The notes beneath the pieces are model-generated. The model saw only the letters and a list, made by a program, of their open reading frames with translations, had not been told where the DNA came from and made no database searches. This document shows positions 13,420 to 26,600 of a stretch of 64,000 bases of DNA, piece after piece. Both the position numbers and the translations under genes were made by a program. The DNA lies in NCBI GenBank assembly GCA_964247055.1, contig OZ176056.1, forward strand, positions 2,170,001-2,234,000, in the 5' to 3' direction. The DNA is from Paragordius varius. Taxonomy: Eukaryota; Animalia; Nematomorpha. Each line of letters opens with the position of its first letter. Position 1 is the stretch's first letter.

Positions 13420-13591
13420 TACAGTAGTTGCTTATTTTATAGTAGGGTAATTTGCAACACAGGAGTGTATGTATGGAAAAAAGAAAGGAATAAATTGTTT
13501 ATTTTATATTTTGTTGTTTTTTCCATACACTAATACTGTGTTGCAAATCGTCTATAGTGTGAAATAATCAGCCATCAAAATGCATACTGTA
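13420..13591. mobile_element. Tc1/mariner-type hairpin MITE
   Basis: TA-CAGTA...TACTG-TA termini. Internal inverted repeat ATTTGCAACACAG..GTATGGAAAAAA (13450-) / TTTTTTCCATACAC..CTGTGTTGCAAAT (-13548). Confidence 0.65.
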
Positions 13592-14456
13592 ATAAAAATT
13601 TATATGTATTCTAAATTATCTATTTTTTTAAAGCATGTTCAAATACTTATAATTTAGATAGAATAAAACCCACACGCTTTTACTTGTTTCACCTGGCCCT
13701 GCCTAAAAAAGTATGATTAATTTTTTTGTAAAGCCTAAATTTATATTGTACAGTAAAAATCGGAATTTTGAGACAAAACCTGAAAACATAAAGACAAATA
13801 TTTTTTTGAAAAGCAATCATATTTTGAAATCCTCTTTATAAGTAGAATATATAAATTGTGTTACGAATTATCTTTATTTCATACTTTGCAGTTTGATATA
13901 ATGAGTTATAATTAAAATAATCAAGTCTTAAAAAAACGATAGCCGTGTTGAAATAATTTGTATTTATATTTTTACATTTTGTCGGTATAATTTCAATTTT
14001 CACTGTAATTATATATTATGCAGAACAGTTTTCAATTACAAGACCTGATAATAATATTTATCCATCAACTGAGTTTCATTTGAATCTGAAAAAATAAAAC
14101 AGATGATACAATTATTTCCTTATTGAGTTTGACCCGGCTTATAATTCGCGCTTGTGATTATTAAAAATAACCAGTCAATACTTAATAAATATTTTAGAAA
14201 TACAAATATGAATTTGACATATGGTAAATTTAATTTTATGTCCAAATAAATATATATAATCATATATATGGTCATAAAAAAATTGAATTTTCACTCTCTA
14301 TGCCATTTAACTCTTTATATTATTAAAGCGGGAATTGCATTTATAAGCAATAAGATCGTTATTTTTTTATCGGTCAAACCAAAATTTCTTATATATGGTG
14401 TAAATTAAACAATGAATCACTACAATACGTAGTTTAATATCATTTTATCATAAAAC

Positions 14457-14726
14457 CAGGGGTACCCAACACAAATGGCTTCGCGGGTCTTTTTGAATCA
14501 AAAAAATCGGCGGACCGCATTTGAAATATTTTGTATATATAGGTATTTATAAATATTTGATTTGAATAATATTACAAAATACACTAGTTTATTGCCTATC
14601 GAATAAAATAATTCAAAATTTTTTTTGAGAAATATTAATTTAATATTCATAGGCATATTTTTTGAAAATATTTTTCCAAATTTTCCCGTGTCTCACGAAT
14701 TATCACGGAAGTGTTGGACACCTCTA
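14457..14726. mobile_element. hAT-family MITE with 8-bp TSD
   Basis: Ends CAGGGGTACCCAACAC / GTGTTGGACACCTCTA; flanks CATAAAAC vs CATTAAAC (7/8 match). Confidence 0.8.
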
Positions 14727-16363
14727 CATTAAACCAAATGAAAATATTGCATATGCCATTTACAATTTAACTTCACTCCTGAACACTTAAATCACCCTAA
14801 AAATAAATTAGGTGTTTTCGGGCTAATATAACTCCTCATTTATATGAAATATATCTTATTAGCTTAGTTTATTTCTTTTCAATATTATTATAATTACAAA
14901 ATATCATTCTTTCAAATATAAAAAAATATAAGGTTTTAATCTTACACTTAATTTATTTAAGGGTGTTGAATTGTTCGAGGGCGAATTTGTTTGTTTAAGG
15001 GGGAATTTGAATTGTAAATGGTATATATAAAGATTATATATTGGATTCCAAAATATATTACTTATTGCAAATTCAGTAACAGACACGTTGGGTATTTTAG
15101 TGAGATTCTGCAAATTCAAAAATTTGAATTAAATAAATAATGATTGCCCAAATATAATTATGCTAACAAAAAAGGAATTATTTTTAATTATAACTTGTAT
15201 ATTTTCTGAAATTCCTAATAATAAATATGTACAAAAATATAAATTATAAATCGATTGAAACAGCAAAACATTTAAAAATTCTCATTTTCCTTTTTAAAAG
15301 TCTCTTATAAAGTATGATTCAGAATCATACGATGTCCGCTTTATAATGGTATTTTAAAAATATGGAATAAAGATTTGACAATGACTTAAAAAACCACGAA
15401 CTATAAAAGTTTTTTTTTTCATAAAATTTTGCGGAAAAGTCGAAACAAAAAATTGCTTATTTGAAACCAATTTTAAAATAATTCTAGTATAAACCATTGT
15501 AATGCATATTTAGAGTTTTTTTCGACAAAAGCATAATAAATTTAATTGTTTGTTGACATGGTTTAAACCACTCTCAATGACAAATGGTTTTAACTTATCA
15601 TTGTTAAGAGAAAATAAACAACAATAAACGTTTTTAAAAATTGTATATAATGCACCATTTTATCCATCCTAATTTTTATATTTTTTTTACGCTGAGGACG
15701 GACACACGTTAAAATGTCCGAAACCGTTCGAATTTTATTTATTCTATGATACGTTTTAAATAAATTTCCATATTTTTAAAAGCATATATGTGTACTTTGT
15801 TCAATGTCCGTTCTGGATTGATTAGTATTAAGTGAATAAATGTCATCTTTGATCTCAATAACTAATATTTACAATAAAATGTTAACTATATGTAAAAAAT
15901 ATCAATTGACTTTGGCTTATATATTTTTTTGAAAAAAAATTTATTCATATTAGTTAATCATAAATATTAATATTCTGAAGTAATTTAACAAATTATAATC
16001 AGGTAAAAATATAATAATATGTAAGTGTATATCTTTACCGAATACAATTTGTTTACGATATGCTATATAATTTTATAAAAAAATTATTAAAATTCGTAAA
16101 GCACAGATCAATATATTAAACCGGTCGATTGGCTTTATAATACCATTATTTGCAAACTTTTATCAATATTTAAAAAATATACCATTGCTCTTCAAATTTA
16201 TTCTTAAAAACTTTAAATTCACCCTCAAGCATTTTAAATAACTCTAAAAATTGTGTTTTTGAATATCTTAAATTACATATAGTTTTGTAAAATAAAATTT
16301 TAATATTATTATTACATACGGAAAAACAATGCCATGGCATTGAGAAAGATACCATTCAATAAA

Positions 16364-16596
16364 TACAGTCATGTATCCTTTATTTTACCAAACATTTATT
16401 TTTTCGTTAAATGGGTTTAAATATTTGGTAAAGAATGGGAAAAACAAGAGATCTATGGTAATTCTTATACTTTTTTTGATGAATTTGATATTGTTAATAC
16501 CATAGAGCTCTCGTTTTTTCAATTCGTTAACAAATATTTATACCCATTTAACGAAAAAAAATAAATTTTTGATAAAATAAACGATACAAGATTGTA
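16364..16596. mobile_element. Foldback MITE (near-perfect ~105-bp arms)
   Basis: TACAGTCATGTATCCTTTATTTTACC...GATCTATGGTA is the reverse complement of TACCATAGAGCTC...GATACAAGATTGTA with few mismatches; TA at both ends. Confidence 0.85.
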
Positions 16597-17864
16597 AGTT
16601 CACTCATAATTTTTTAGGAGTATTTTAATTGCATGAAATCATCAAGGTAAGGAGGTGTGAACTCCATCAAATCACTTTCAATATTACAAATTAATAAAAT
16701 AATGCTATCAATTAAAAATTTTCAAATTTTTTTACAATTAATATAACTTAAATAAAATAATTATATTTAAATAACATTTACAATTTTTTCATATTTTAAG
16801 CAAATAATTTAGTTAAATATATATTTTCTCTATCAAATACGAAATTAAAGGTTAATCACAAATTATTGTTTATTCTAAAGAAATTTTAAACCGACTAGCC
16901 TAAAATACTAAAATATACGAATGCCATTTATCACATAATGTTCAGGTCATGATGATGAATCGTTTATATAATGATTGATTTTACACATCGATTTAGTTAT
17001 ATATATTTAGTATTATAATATTTCAAATTCATATTTTGTTGGAAATATAGAGAGGCTCTAATTTAGAAATTTACTGCATAGCTAAAGTCTAAAAAGGTTA
17101 TTTGTCGGATATGAAGTAGAGACATATTATTAGTGTTAAAGGTATCTAATAAGTTTACTGACTGCTTTTAGTATATTTATTTTCAAACATTGTAGAGGTG
17201 TAAAGGTAAAAAGGCGAATTATTGCAAGCTTGAATTACAATCCTTACTCTATTAACTAATTAAAAGACTTTAACACGCAAAAATGTAAGTTTTATTGTAA
17301 AAATCTAAGAATCTGTAAAATATTTTTAAAATTAATTGACATAATATTTAAAGCAGTCAAAAAGGTTTTCCTAAAACTACAAATCGGCGAAACTTACCTG
17401 TCGTTTGACTTAGTAGAATACATGCTATAAAATTATAAATTAATGTTCGCATAATAGGAATCATCATCATCGGAATATTTAATAAAATACTTTTTAAAAA
17501 AATATTTGGATATTCACGTTAAAAAACATTTTATAAGGTCAGTTATCTATAGTACAAGGTACGCTCCAGCTACAATGTAATATATAAACAAGATAACAAA
17601 CATCATTTCTTAATAGTTATAACAGCCTAAGCAAAACAAAGTTAAATTACGTTTAGGATTAAAAATTATTTTGCATAAATACTTAGTGAATAATTTAATT
17701 TTAAAGGGATTTGTAAATCCGTGCGAATAACAAGTATTTAAGCAACAATATATGTTTTTAAAATGAATAAATGTATAATTTGAAGAAAAAAACAACCTTT
17801 TTCACATTATTTCAGGTTAAATAAAATATATAAATACTTATTCCTGTAATATTTTAATTTTAAA

Positions 17865-18082
17865 TGTTACGATTATGCCATTTATTATTTAAGTTTCGCT
17901 AATTATGGAACTTAAATGCAAAAATCATGGATCAATGATAACTGATTCCTTCAAATTGAAGGCAGTCAGCTCATGTCAAAAAAAATCGTCAATTATTTTT
18001 AGTAGAATTAAAACGCGAGACCATTACAGTCACCATATAATTAATTATTGCAAAAAATATTGGGAGGAAGCAAGTAGTTGAA
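17865..18082 (+). repeat. ~215-bp dispersed repeat, copy 1 (direct copy at 42408-42616)
   Basis: Shared TTAAGTTTCGCTAAT.ATGGAACTTAAATGCAAAAAT, TTCCTTCAAATTGAAGGCAG and CCATTACAGTCACCATAT; both copies start TGTTACG. Confidence 0.85.
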
Positions 18083-18093
18083 TTATATATATA

Positions 18094-19004
18094 TACTGTG
18101 TGCAAAAAAGAGGTCATTTTGATTTAACGAAATTTTTTTTTAATGAGATAGCTTATGACCAGCGTAGCCGCAAAAATTTTTATTTGTTGACAACCTAGTT
18201 TTTGAGATATAGAAAGAAAATCGAAATCGGGCAAAAATGGAAAAATAAGGATAATTAAGGATAATTAAAAAATAATGATAAAATTTGAAATATTACGGTT
18301 TATTATCATTTTAGGAGATATTTTCAATATATCAACCAACAATCCTTACAATTTCCTGTAACAAGTCTGTATGACAAATTAATATTTGTGTTGGCATTTG
18401 TACGGATTGTTGGTTGATATTCCACTAATTTTCAATCCTATCATGCATAAATTAATACTTAAAAATTCCCACTCATTTAAGAATTCAAAATAAAACAGTA
18501 TAAATTTTTATACACTCATAAACCAGATGACAAAAAAGTGCAAAAATAAAAAACAATATTTTTGGTTTTATTTTGATATAGAAGTTTATTTTACTGAATA
18601 AAATATAAATGTTAAGATTATAATAGTGAGTTTAGGTAGTAAATAATTAAAAAAATATATTTTAATATAGTTTCATTAAAATTTTGTCTTTTAAGTGTGA
18701 TAAAAAAAACGCCATCTTTTGACCCTGAAATTTTATAGAAACCCAAACTATATGATTTTAGGCTATTTATATATTGAAAACCTAAAATGATAATAAACCA
18801 TAATATTTCAAATTTTATTATTTTTTTTTGAATTATCATTAATTATCCTTAATTTTCACTTTTTGCCCGATTTCAATTTTCTCTCAATATTTTAAAAACT
18901 AGGTTGTCAACAAATAAAAATTTTTGCGGCAAATGAATACGCTGGTCATAAGCTATCTCATAAAAAAAAATTTTTGCGTTAAAATTTTTTTTCCATACAG
19001 TGTA
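18094..19004. mobile_element. Non-autonomous TIR element with ~220-bp TIRs and a nested small inverted repeat
   Basis: GAGATAGCTTATGACCAGCGT..GCCGCAAAAATTTTTATTTGTTGACAACCTAGT (left) and its reverse complement at 18897-18960; TA-rich termini. Internal ATATCAACCAACAATCC / GGATTGTTGGTTGATAT at 18328-18420. Confidence 0.85.
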
Positions 19005-19499
19005 TATATATAAGATATTATGGAAAAACGACGTTTTTGATAAATCAAAGGATGAAATTATCAAAAATATTTAAACTAGTATATTTTAATTTTGGAATTT
19101 AAATCATATATTTAATAATTGTTTGCATTGGTTTGTAAAAATTAAAAATCTTAAGGAATTGCCGGGATCAGTCCACCAAGAACACATTCTTTGTGGGACA
19201 TTTTAACCCCTTAAAAATAAAATAAGATTTGGTCCTCGCATGATATCAAATTAAAAACCAATATCCACATTACTATGGAAAGCTGGACATACATGACGAA
19301 CGTTCTATAAATCCTTTAAAAATTTCTCCAAACAAATATGTCAGACAAAATACCCAACTTTCTACTATTTTTAACAAAATTAATTCTGAAATGCCTCCCA
19401 TTGGCAATACGCCAAAAACTCTCCGGTGATAATTTTTCTCACATCAGAATTTAAATTAAATCTTTGTTTGCTTCCAAATTGAATCAAATTTTGTAAAAA

Positions 19500-19503
<4 letters not shown>

Positions 19504-19560
<57 letters not shown>
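19504..19560. repeat. (TA)n microsatellite
   Basis: Perfect TA run of ~28 units. Confidence 0.97.
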
Positions 19561-19563
<3 letters not shown>

Positions 19564-20626
19564 ATATATATACATATATGCAACTTAACTTTGAACAATT
19601 TTTTTAATCAAAATTCTGAGGTGATATGTAAAGCATTAGTAAATATAAAAAAAGTCTTTTTATAACTTATCAAAGCGTACTTAAACCGTTTTCGTCATGT
19701 ATGTTTGAAAATGGCATGCAATACGGCTTCATTTTGACGAAATCTTAGTTTTAAAACATTTTTCTTAAAATAATTTTTTAATGTCATAGGTGTTCAATTT
19801 GTCGCGCGATGTCGGCATTTTGCGTTATTTTAGATAAACCATTCATTTTAGGAACCGTCCGTTGTTCGCAATCTAATGGTATGACCCAAAACAAAATCAA
19901 CATAGAGTTCCTATCATTTTTTATCAGAAATATATATAATTGGGTATTTTTCATACCCACCCTACCCCAACCCCCAATTTGGTGCACATTTAAATTTATA
20001 TATATCTACGAATTTACAACAACTATTTATTTAAAACGACAACCGACTAACTAGATAATTCCTAAATAAACAAAAATAAATATTTAAGTATATAATATGA
20101 TAGTGTCCACACTTAAATCAATATATATACTTTGCAATACAAAACGGTGATCCTATAACATATGGTTAAGAAATATAGTAATCTTTTATCTCTACTGTAT
20201 AATTTTTAAGAATTTATATTTTTGAAATAAATCTTACCAATAACATTTAATTTGGTACAAAAATTGAAGGTAGTATACGGAATGGTTGTCTGTCCTAATT
20301 GATTTATATCAAAATATCTAAATTATATTTATAAATAACCATACACGAATATTATATACGATTAAATTATTTATTTTTTTATTTTGTAAGGTGTTATGAC
20401 CCCATTTTTGGGGTTATATATGTATTATTTAATAAAACATTAATAAATATTGGATATCAAAATAATAATGGCTGCAATTCTTTTGTAGTTTGTTTTGAGA
20501 GTTGGAGAATAAGATATGTGACAAAAATAAGAGTGAGATAGGCAAATTGGAATTATATGAAAAGCAAAATAAGGTACTGTTAGTTTTTGTTGTATCGATA
20601 AAAAAACCTTTTGGCCTAGTCTTTTA

Positions 20627-23600
20627 TATCCACTCGTCACCGAAGTCCGCAATTCAGTAACAAGATAGATGGTGTTTTAAGTTGTTAACGAGTTGAGAAT
20701 TGATTGAAAACAGATTTTGTCGGACGGTTTATTGTAAGATTTGGCTAACTTAAGTTTACTGTAAAGGACTAAACAGATTAATGTATTATTGTGTACATCA
20801 ACTCATCACCGAAGCCCCAATTCAGTAACAAGATAGATGGTGTTTGAGTTGTTAACGAGTTGAGAATTATATGAAAACAGATTTTGTCGGACGGTTTATT
20901 GTAAGATTTGGCTAACTTAAGTTTACTGTAAAGGACTAAACAGATTAAAGTATTATTTTGTACATCCACTCATCACCGAAGCATTCAGTAACAAGATAGA
21001 TGGTGTTTTGGTTGTTAACGAGTTGAGAATTGATTGAAAACAGATTTTGCCGGACGGTTTATTGTAAGATTTGGCTAACTTGAGTTCTGTAAAGGACTAA
21101 ACAAATTAAAGTATTATTGTGTACATCCACTCATCACCGAAGCCCCAATTCAGTAACAAGATAGTTTTGGTTGGTAACGAGTTGAGAATTGATTGAAAAC
21201 AGATTTTGCCGAAAGGTTTATTGTAAGATTTGGCTAACATGAGTTTACTGTAAAGCAACAGATTAAAGTATTATTGGTACCTCCACTCATCACTGAAGCC
21301 ACCATTCAGCAACAAGATAGATGGTGTTTTAGTTGTTAACAAGTTGAGAATTGATAGAAAACAGATTTTGCCGGACGGCTTATTGTGACACTTGGCTAAT
21401 TTGATAAAGGACTAAACAGTTAACGTATTATTGTGTACATCCACTCATCACTGAAGCCCCAATTCAGTAACAATATAGATGGTGTTTTGGCTGTTAACGA
21501 GTTGAGAATTGATTGAAAACAGATTTTGCCGGACGGTTTATTGTAAGATTTGGCTAACCTGAGTTTACTGTAAAGACAAAACAGATTAAGTTATTTTGAG
21601 CATCCACTCATCACCGAAGCCCCAATTCAGTAACAAGATAGATGGTGTTTTGGCTGTTAACGAGTTGAGAATTGATTGAAAACAGATTTTGCCGGACGGT
21701 TTATTGTAAGATTTGGCTAACATGAGTTTACTGTAAAGGAACAGATTAAAGTATTATTGGGACATCCACTCATCACCGAACCCCCTATTCAGTAACAAGA
21801 TAGATGGTGTTTTGGTTGTTAACGAGTTGATAATTGATTGAAAACAGATTTTGCCGGACGGTTTATTGTAAGATTGAGTTTACTGTAAAGGAACAAATTA
21901 AATTATTATTGGTACATCCACTCATCACCGAAGCCACCATTCAGCAACAAGATAGATGGTGTTTTAGTTGTTAACAAGTTGAGAATTGACAGAAAAATAA
22001 TTTTGTCGGACGGCTTATTGTAACACTTGGCTAATTTGATAAAGGACTAAACAGTTAACGTATTATTGTGTACATCCACTCATCACTGAAGCCCCAATTC
22101 AGTAACAATATAGATGGTGTTTTGGCTGTTAACGAGTTGAGAATTGATTGAAAACAAATTTTGCCGAACGGTTTATTGTAAGACTTGGCTAACTTGAGTT
22201 TACTGTAAAGCCTAAACAGATTAATTTATTTTGTGCATCCACTCATCACCGAAGCCCCAATTCAGTAGCAAGATAGATGGTCTTTTGGTTGTTAACGAGT
22301 TGAGAAATGATTGAAAACAGATTTTGCCGGACGGTTTATTGTAAGACTTGGCTAACTTGAGTTTACTGTAAAGCCTAAACAGATTAATTTATTTTGTGCA
22401 TCCACTCATCACCGAAGCCCCAATTCAGTAACAAGATAGATGGTGTTTTGGTTGTTAACGAGTTGAGAATTGATTGAAAACAGATTTTGCCGGACGGCTT
22501 ATTGTAACACTTGGCTAATTTGATAAAGGACTAAACAGATTAACGTATTATTGTGTACATCCACTCATCACCGAAGCCCCAATTCAGTAACAAGATAGAT
22601 GGTGTTTTGGTTGTTAACGAGTTGAGAATTGATTGAAAACAGATTTTGCCGGACGGTTTAAGATTTGGCTAACTTGAGTTTAATGTAAAGGACTAAACAG
22701 ATTAAAGTATTATTGTGTACATCCACTCATCACCGAACCCCCAATTCAGTAACAAGATAGATGGTGTTTTAGTTGTTAACAAGTTGAGAATTGATAGAAA
22801 ACAGATTTTGCCGGACGGCTTATTGTAACACTTGGCTAATTTGATAAAGGACTAAACAGATTAACGTATTATTGTGTACATCCACTCATCACCGAAGCCC
22901 CAATTCAGTAACAAGATAGATGGTGTTTTGGTTGTTAACGAGTTGAGAATTGATTGAAAACAGATTTTGCCGGACGGTTTATTGTAAGATTTGGCTAACT
23001 TGAGTTTAATGTAAAGGACTAAACAGATTAACGTATTATTGTGTACATCCACTCATCACCGAAGCCCCAATTCAGTAACAAGATAGATGGTGTTTTGGTT
23101 GTTAACGAGTTGAGAATTGATTGAAAACAAATTTTGCCGAACGGTTTATTGTAAGATTTGGCTAACTTAAGTTTACTGTAAAGGCTAAACAGATTAAGTT
23201 ATTTTGTGCATCCACTCATCACCGAAGCCCCAATTCAGTAACAAGATAGATGGTTTTTTGGTTGTTAACGAGTTGAGAATTGATTGAAAACAGATTTTGC
23301 CGGACGGTTTATTGTAAGATTTGGCTAACTTGAGTTTAATGTAAAGGACTAAACAGATTAAAGTATTATTGTGTACATTCACTCATCACCGAACCCCCAA
23401 TTCAGTAACAAGATAGATGGTGTTTTGGTTGTTAACGAGTTGAGAATTGATTGAAAACAGATTTTGCCGGACGGTTTAAGATTTGGCTAACTTGAGTTTA
23501 ATGTAAAGGACTAAACAGATTAAAGTATTATTGTGTACATCCACTCATCACCGAACCCCCAATTCAGTAACAAGATAGATGGTGTTTTAGTTGTTAACAA

Positions 23601-26600
23601 GTTGAGAATTGATAGAAAACAGATTTTGCCGGACGGCTTATTGTAACACTTGGCTAATTTGATAAAGGACTAAACAGATTAACGTATTATTGTGTACATC
23701 CACTCATCACCGAAGCCCCAATTCAGTAACAAGATAGATGGTGTTTTGGTTGTTAACGAGTTGAGAATTGATTGAAAACAGATTTTGCCGGACGGTTTAT
23801 TGTAAGATTTGGCTAACTTGAGTTTAATGTAAAGGACTAAACAGATTAAAGTATTATTGTGCACATCCACTCATCACCAAACCCCCAATTCAGCAACAAG
23901 ATAGATGGTGTTTTAGTTGTTAACAAGTTGAGGATTGATAGAAAACAGATTTTGCCGGACGGCTTATTGTAACACTTGGCTAATTTGATAAAGGACTAAA
24001 CAGATTAACGTATTATTGTGTACATCCACTCATCACTGAAGCCCCAATTCAGTAACAAGATAGATGGTGTTTTGGTTGTTAACGAGTTGAGAATTGCTTT
24101 AAAACAGATTTTGCCGGATGGTTTATTGTAAGATTTGGCTAATTTGAGTTTACTGTAAAGGCTAAACAGATAGAGTTATTTTGTGCATCCACTCATCACC
24201 GAAGCCCCAATTCAGTAACAAGATAGATGGTCTTTTGGTTGTTAACGAGTTGAGAATTGATTGAAAACAGATTTTGCCGGACGGTTTATTGTAAGATTTG
24301 GCTAACTTGAGTTTACTGTAAAGACTAAACAGATTAAGTTATTTTGAGCATCCACTCATCACCGAAGCCCCAATTCAGTAACAAGATAGACGGTGTTTTG
24401 GTTGTTAACGAGTTGAGAATTGATTGAAAACAGATTTTTCCGGACGGTTTATTGTAAGATTTGGTTAACTTAAGTTTACTGTAAAGGCTAAACAGATTGA
24501 GTTATTTTGTGCATCCACACATCACCCAAGCCCCAATTCAGTAACAAGATAGATGGTCTTTTGGCTGTTAACGAGTTGAGAATTGATTGAAAACAGATTT
24601 TGCCGGACGGTTTATTGTAAGACTTGGCTAACTTGAGTTTACTGTAAAGACTAAACAGATTAAGTTATTTTGTGCATCCACTCATCACCGAAGCCCCAAT
24701 TCAGTAACAAGATAGATGGTCTTTTGGTTGTTAACGATTTGAGAAATGATTGAAAACAGATTTTCCCGAACGGTTTATTGTAAGATTTGGCTAACTTGAG
24801 TTTACTGTAAAGACTAAACAGATTAAGTTATTTTGAGCATCCACTCATCACCGAAGCCCCAATTCAGTAACAAGATAGACGGTGTTTTGGTTGTTAACGA
24901 GTTGAGAATTGATTGAAAACAAATTTTGCCGAATGGTTAATTGTAAGACTTGGCTAACTTGAGTTTATTGTAAAGGACTAAACTGATTAAAGTATTATTG
25001 TGCACATCCACTCATCACCAAACCCCCAATTCAGCAACAAGATAGATGGTGTTTTAGTTGTTAACAAGTTGAGGATTGATAGAAAACAGATTTTGCCGGA
25101 CGGCTTATTGTAACACTTGGCTAATTTGATAAAGGACTAAACAGATAAACGTATTATTGTGTACATCCACTCATCACTGAAGCCCCAATTCAGTAACAAG
25201 ATAGATGGTGTTTTGGTTGTTAACGAGTTGAGAATTGATTGAAAACAGATTTTGCCGGACGGTTTATTGTAAGATTTGGCTAACTTGAGTTTTTTGTAAA
25301 GGACTAAACAGATTAAAGTATTATTTTGTACATCCACTCATCACCGAAGCCCCAATTCAGTAAAAGATAGATGGTGTTTTGGTTGTTAACGAGTTGAGAA
25401 TTGATTGAAAACAGATTTTGCCGGACGGTTTATTGTAAGATTTGGCTAACTTGAGTTTAATGTAAAGGACTAAACAGATTAAAGTATTATTGTGCACATC
25501 CACTCATCACCAAACCCCCAATTCAGCAGCAAGATAGATGGTGTTTTAGTTGTTAACAAGTTGAGGATTGATAGAAAACAGATTTTGCCGGACGGCTTAT
25601 TGTAAGATTTGGCTAACTTGAGTTTTTTGTAAAGGACTAAACAGATTAAAGTATTATTTTGTACATCCACTCATCACCGAAGCCCCAATTCAGTAACAAG
25701 ATAGATGGTGTTTTAGTTGTTAACAAGTTGAGAATTGATAGAAAACAGATTTTGCCGGACGGCTTATTGTAACACTTGGCTAATTTGATAAAGGACTAAA
25801 CAGATTAACGTATTATTGTGTACATCCACTCATCACCGAAGCCCCAATTCAGTAACAAGATAGATGGTGTTTTGGTTGTTAACGAGTTGAGAATTGATTG
25901 AAAACAGATTTTGCCGGACGGTTTATTGTAAGATTTGGCTAACTTGAGTTTAATGTAAAGGACTAAACAGATTAAAGTATTATTGTGCACATCCACTCAT
26001 CACCAAACCCCTAATTCAGCAACAAGATAGATGGTGTTTTAGTTGTTAACAAGTTGAGGATTGATAGAAAACAGATTTTGCCGGACGGCTTATTGTAACA
26101 CTTGGCTAATTTGATAAAGGACTAAACAGATTAACGTATTATTGTGTACATCCACTCATCACTGAAGCCCCAATTCAGTAACAAGATAGATGGTGTTTTG
26201 GTTGTTAACGAGTTGAGAATTGCTTTAAAACAGATTTTGCCGGATGGTTTATTGTAAGATTTGGCTAATTTGAGTTTACTGTAAAGGCTAAACAGATTGA
26301 GTTATTTTGTGCATCCACTCATCACCGAAGCCCCAATTGAGTAACAAGATAGATGGTCTTTTGGTTGTTAACGAGTTGAGAATTGATTGAAAACAGATTT
26401 TGCCGGACGGTTTATTGTAAGATTTGGCTAACTTGAGTTTACTGTAAAGACTAAACAGATTAAGTTATTTTGAGCATCCACTCATCACCGAAGCCCCAAT
26501 TCAGTAACAAGATAGACGGTGTTTTGGTTGTTAACGAGTTGAGAATTGATTGAAAACAGATTTTGCCGGACGGTTTATTGTAAGATTTGGTTAACTTAAG

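Noticed and set aside
17865-18082. Solo LTR interpretation of the TGTTACG-starting repeat
   Set aside because: No matching CA end, TSD, PBS or PPT is evident in either copy.
22721-22900. Hammerhead ribozyme in the satellite (TGATGAG motif)
   Set aside because: The core reads GTGATGA, not CTGATGA, and no GAAA with closing stems lies at the required spacing on that strand.
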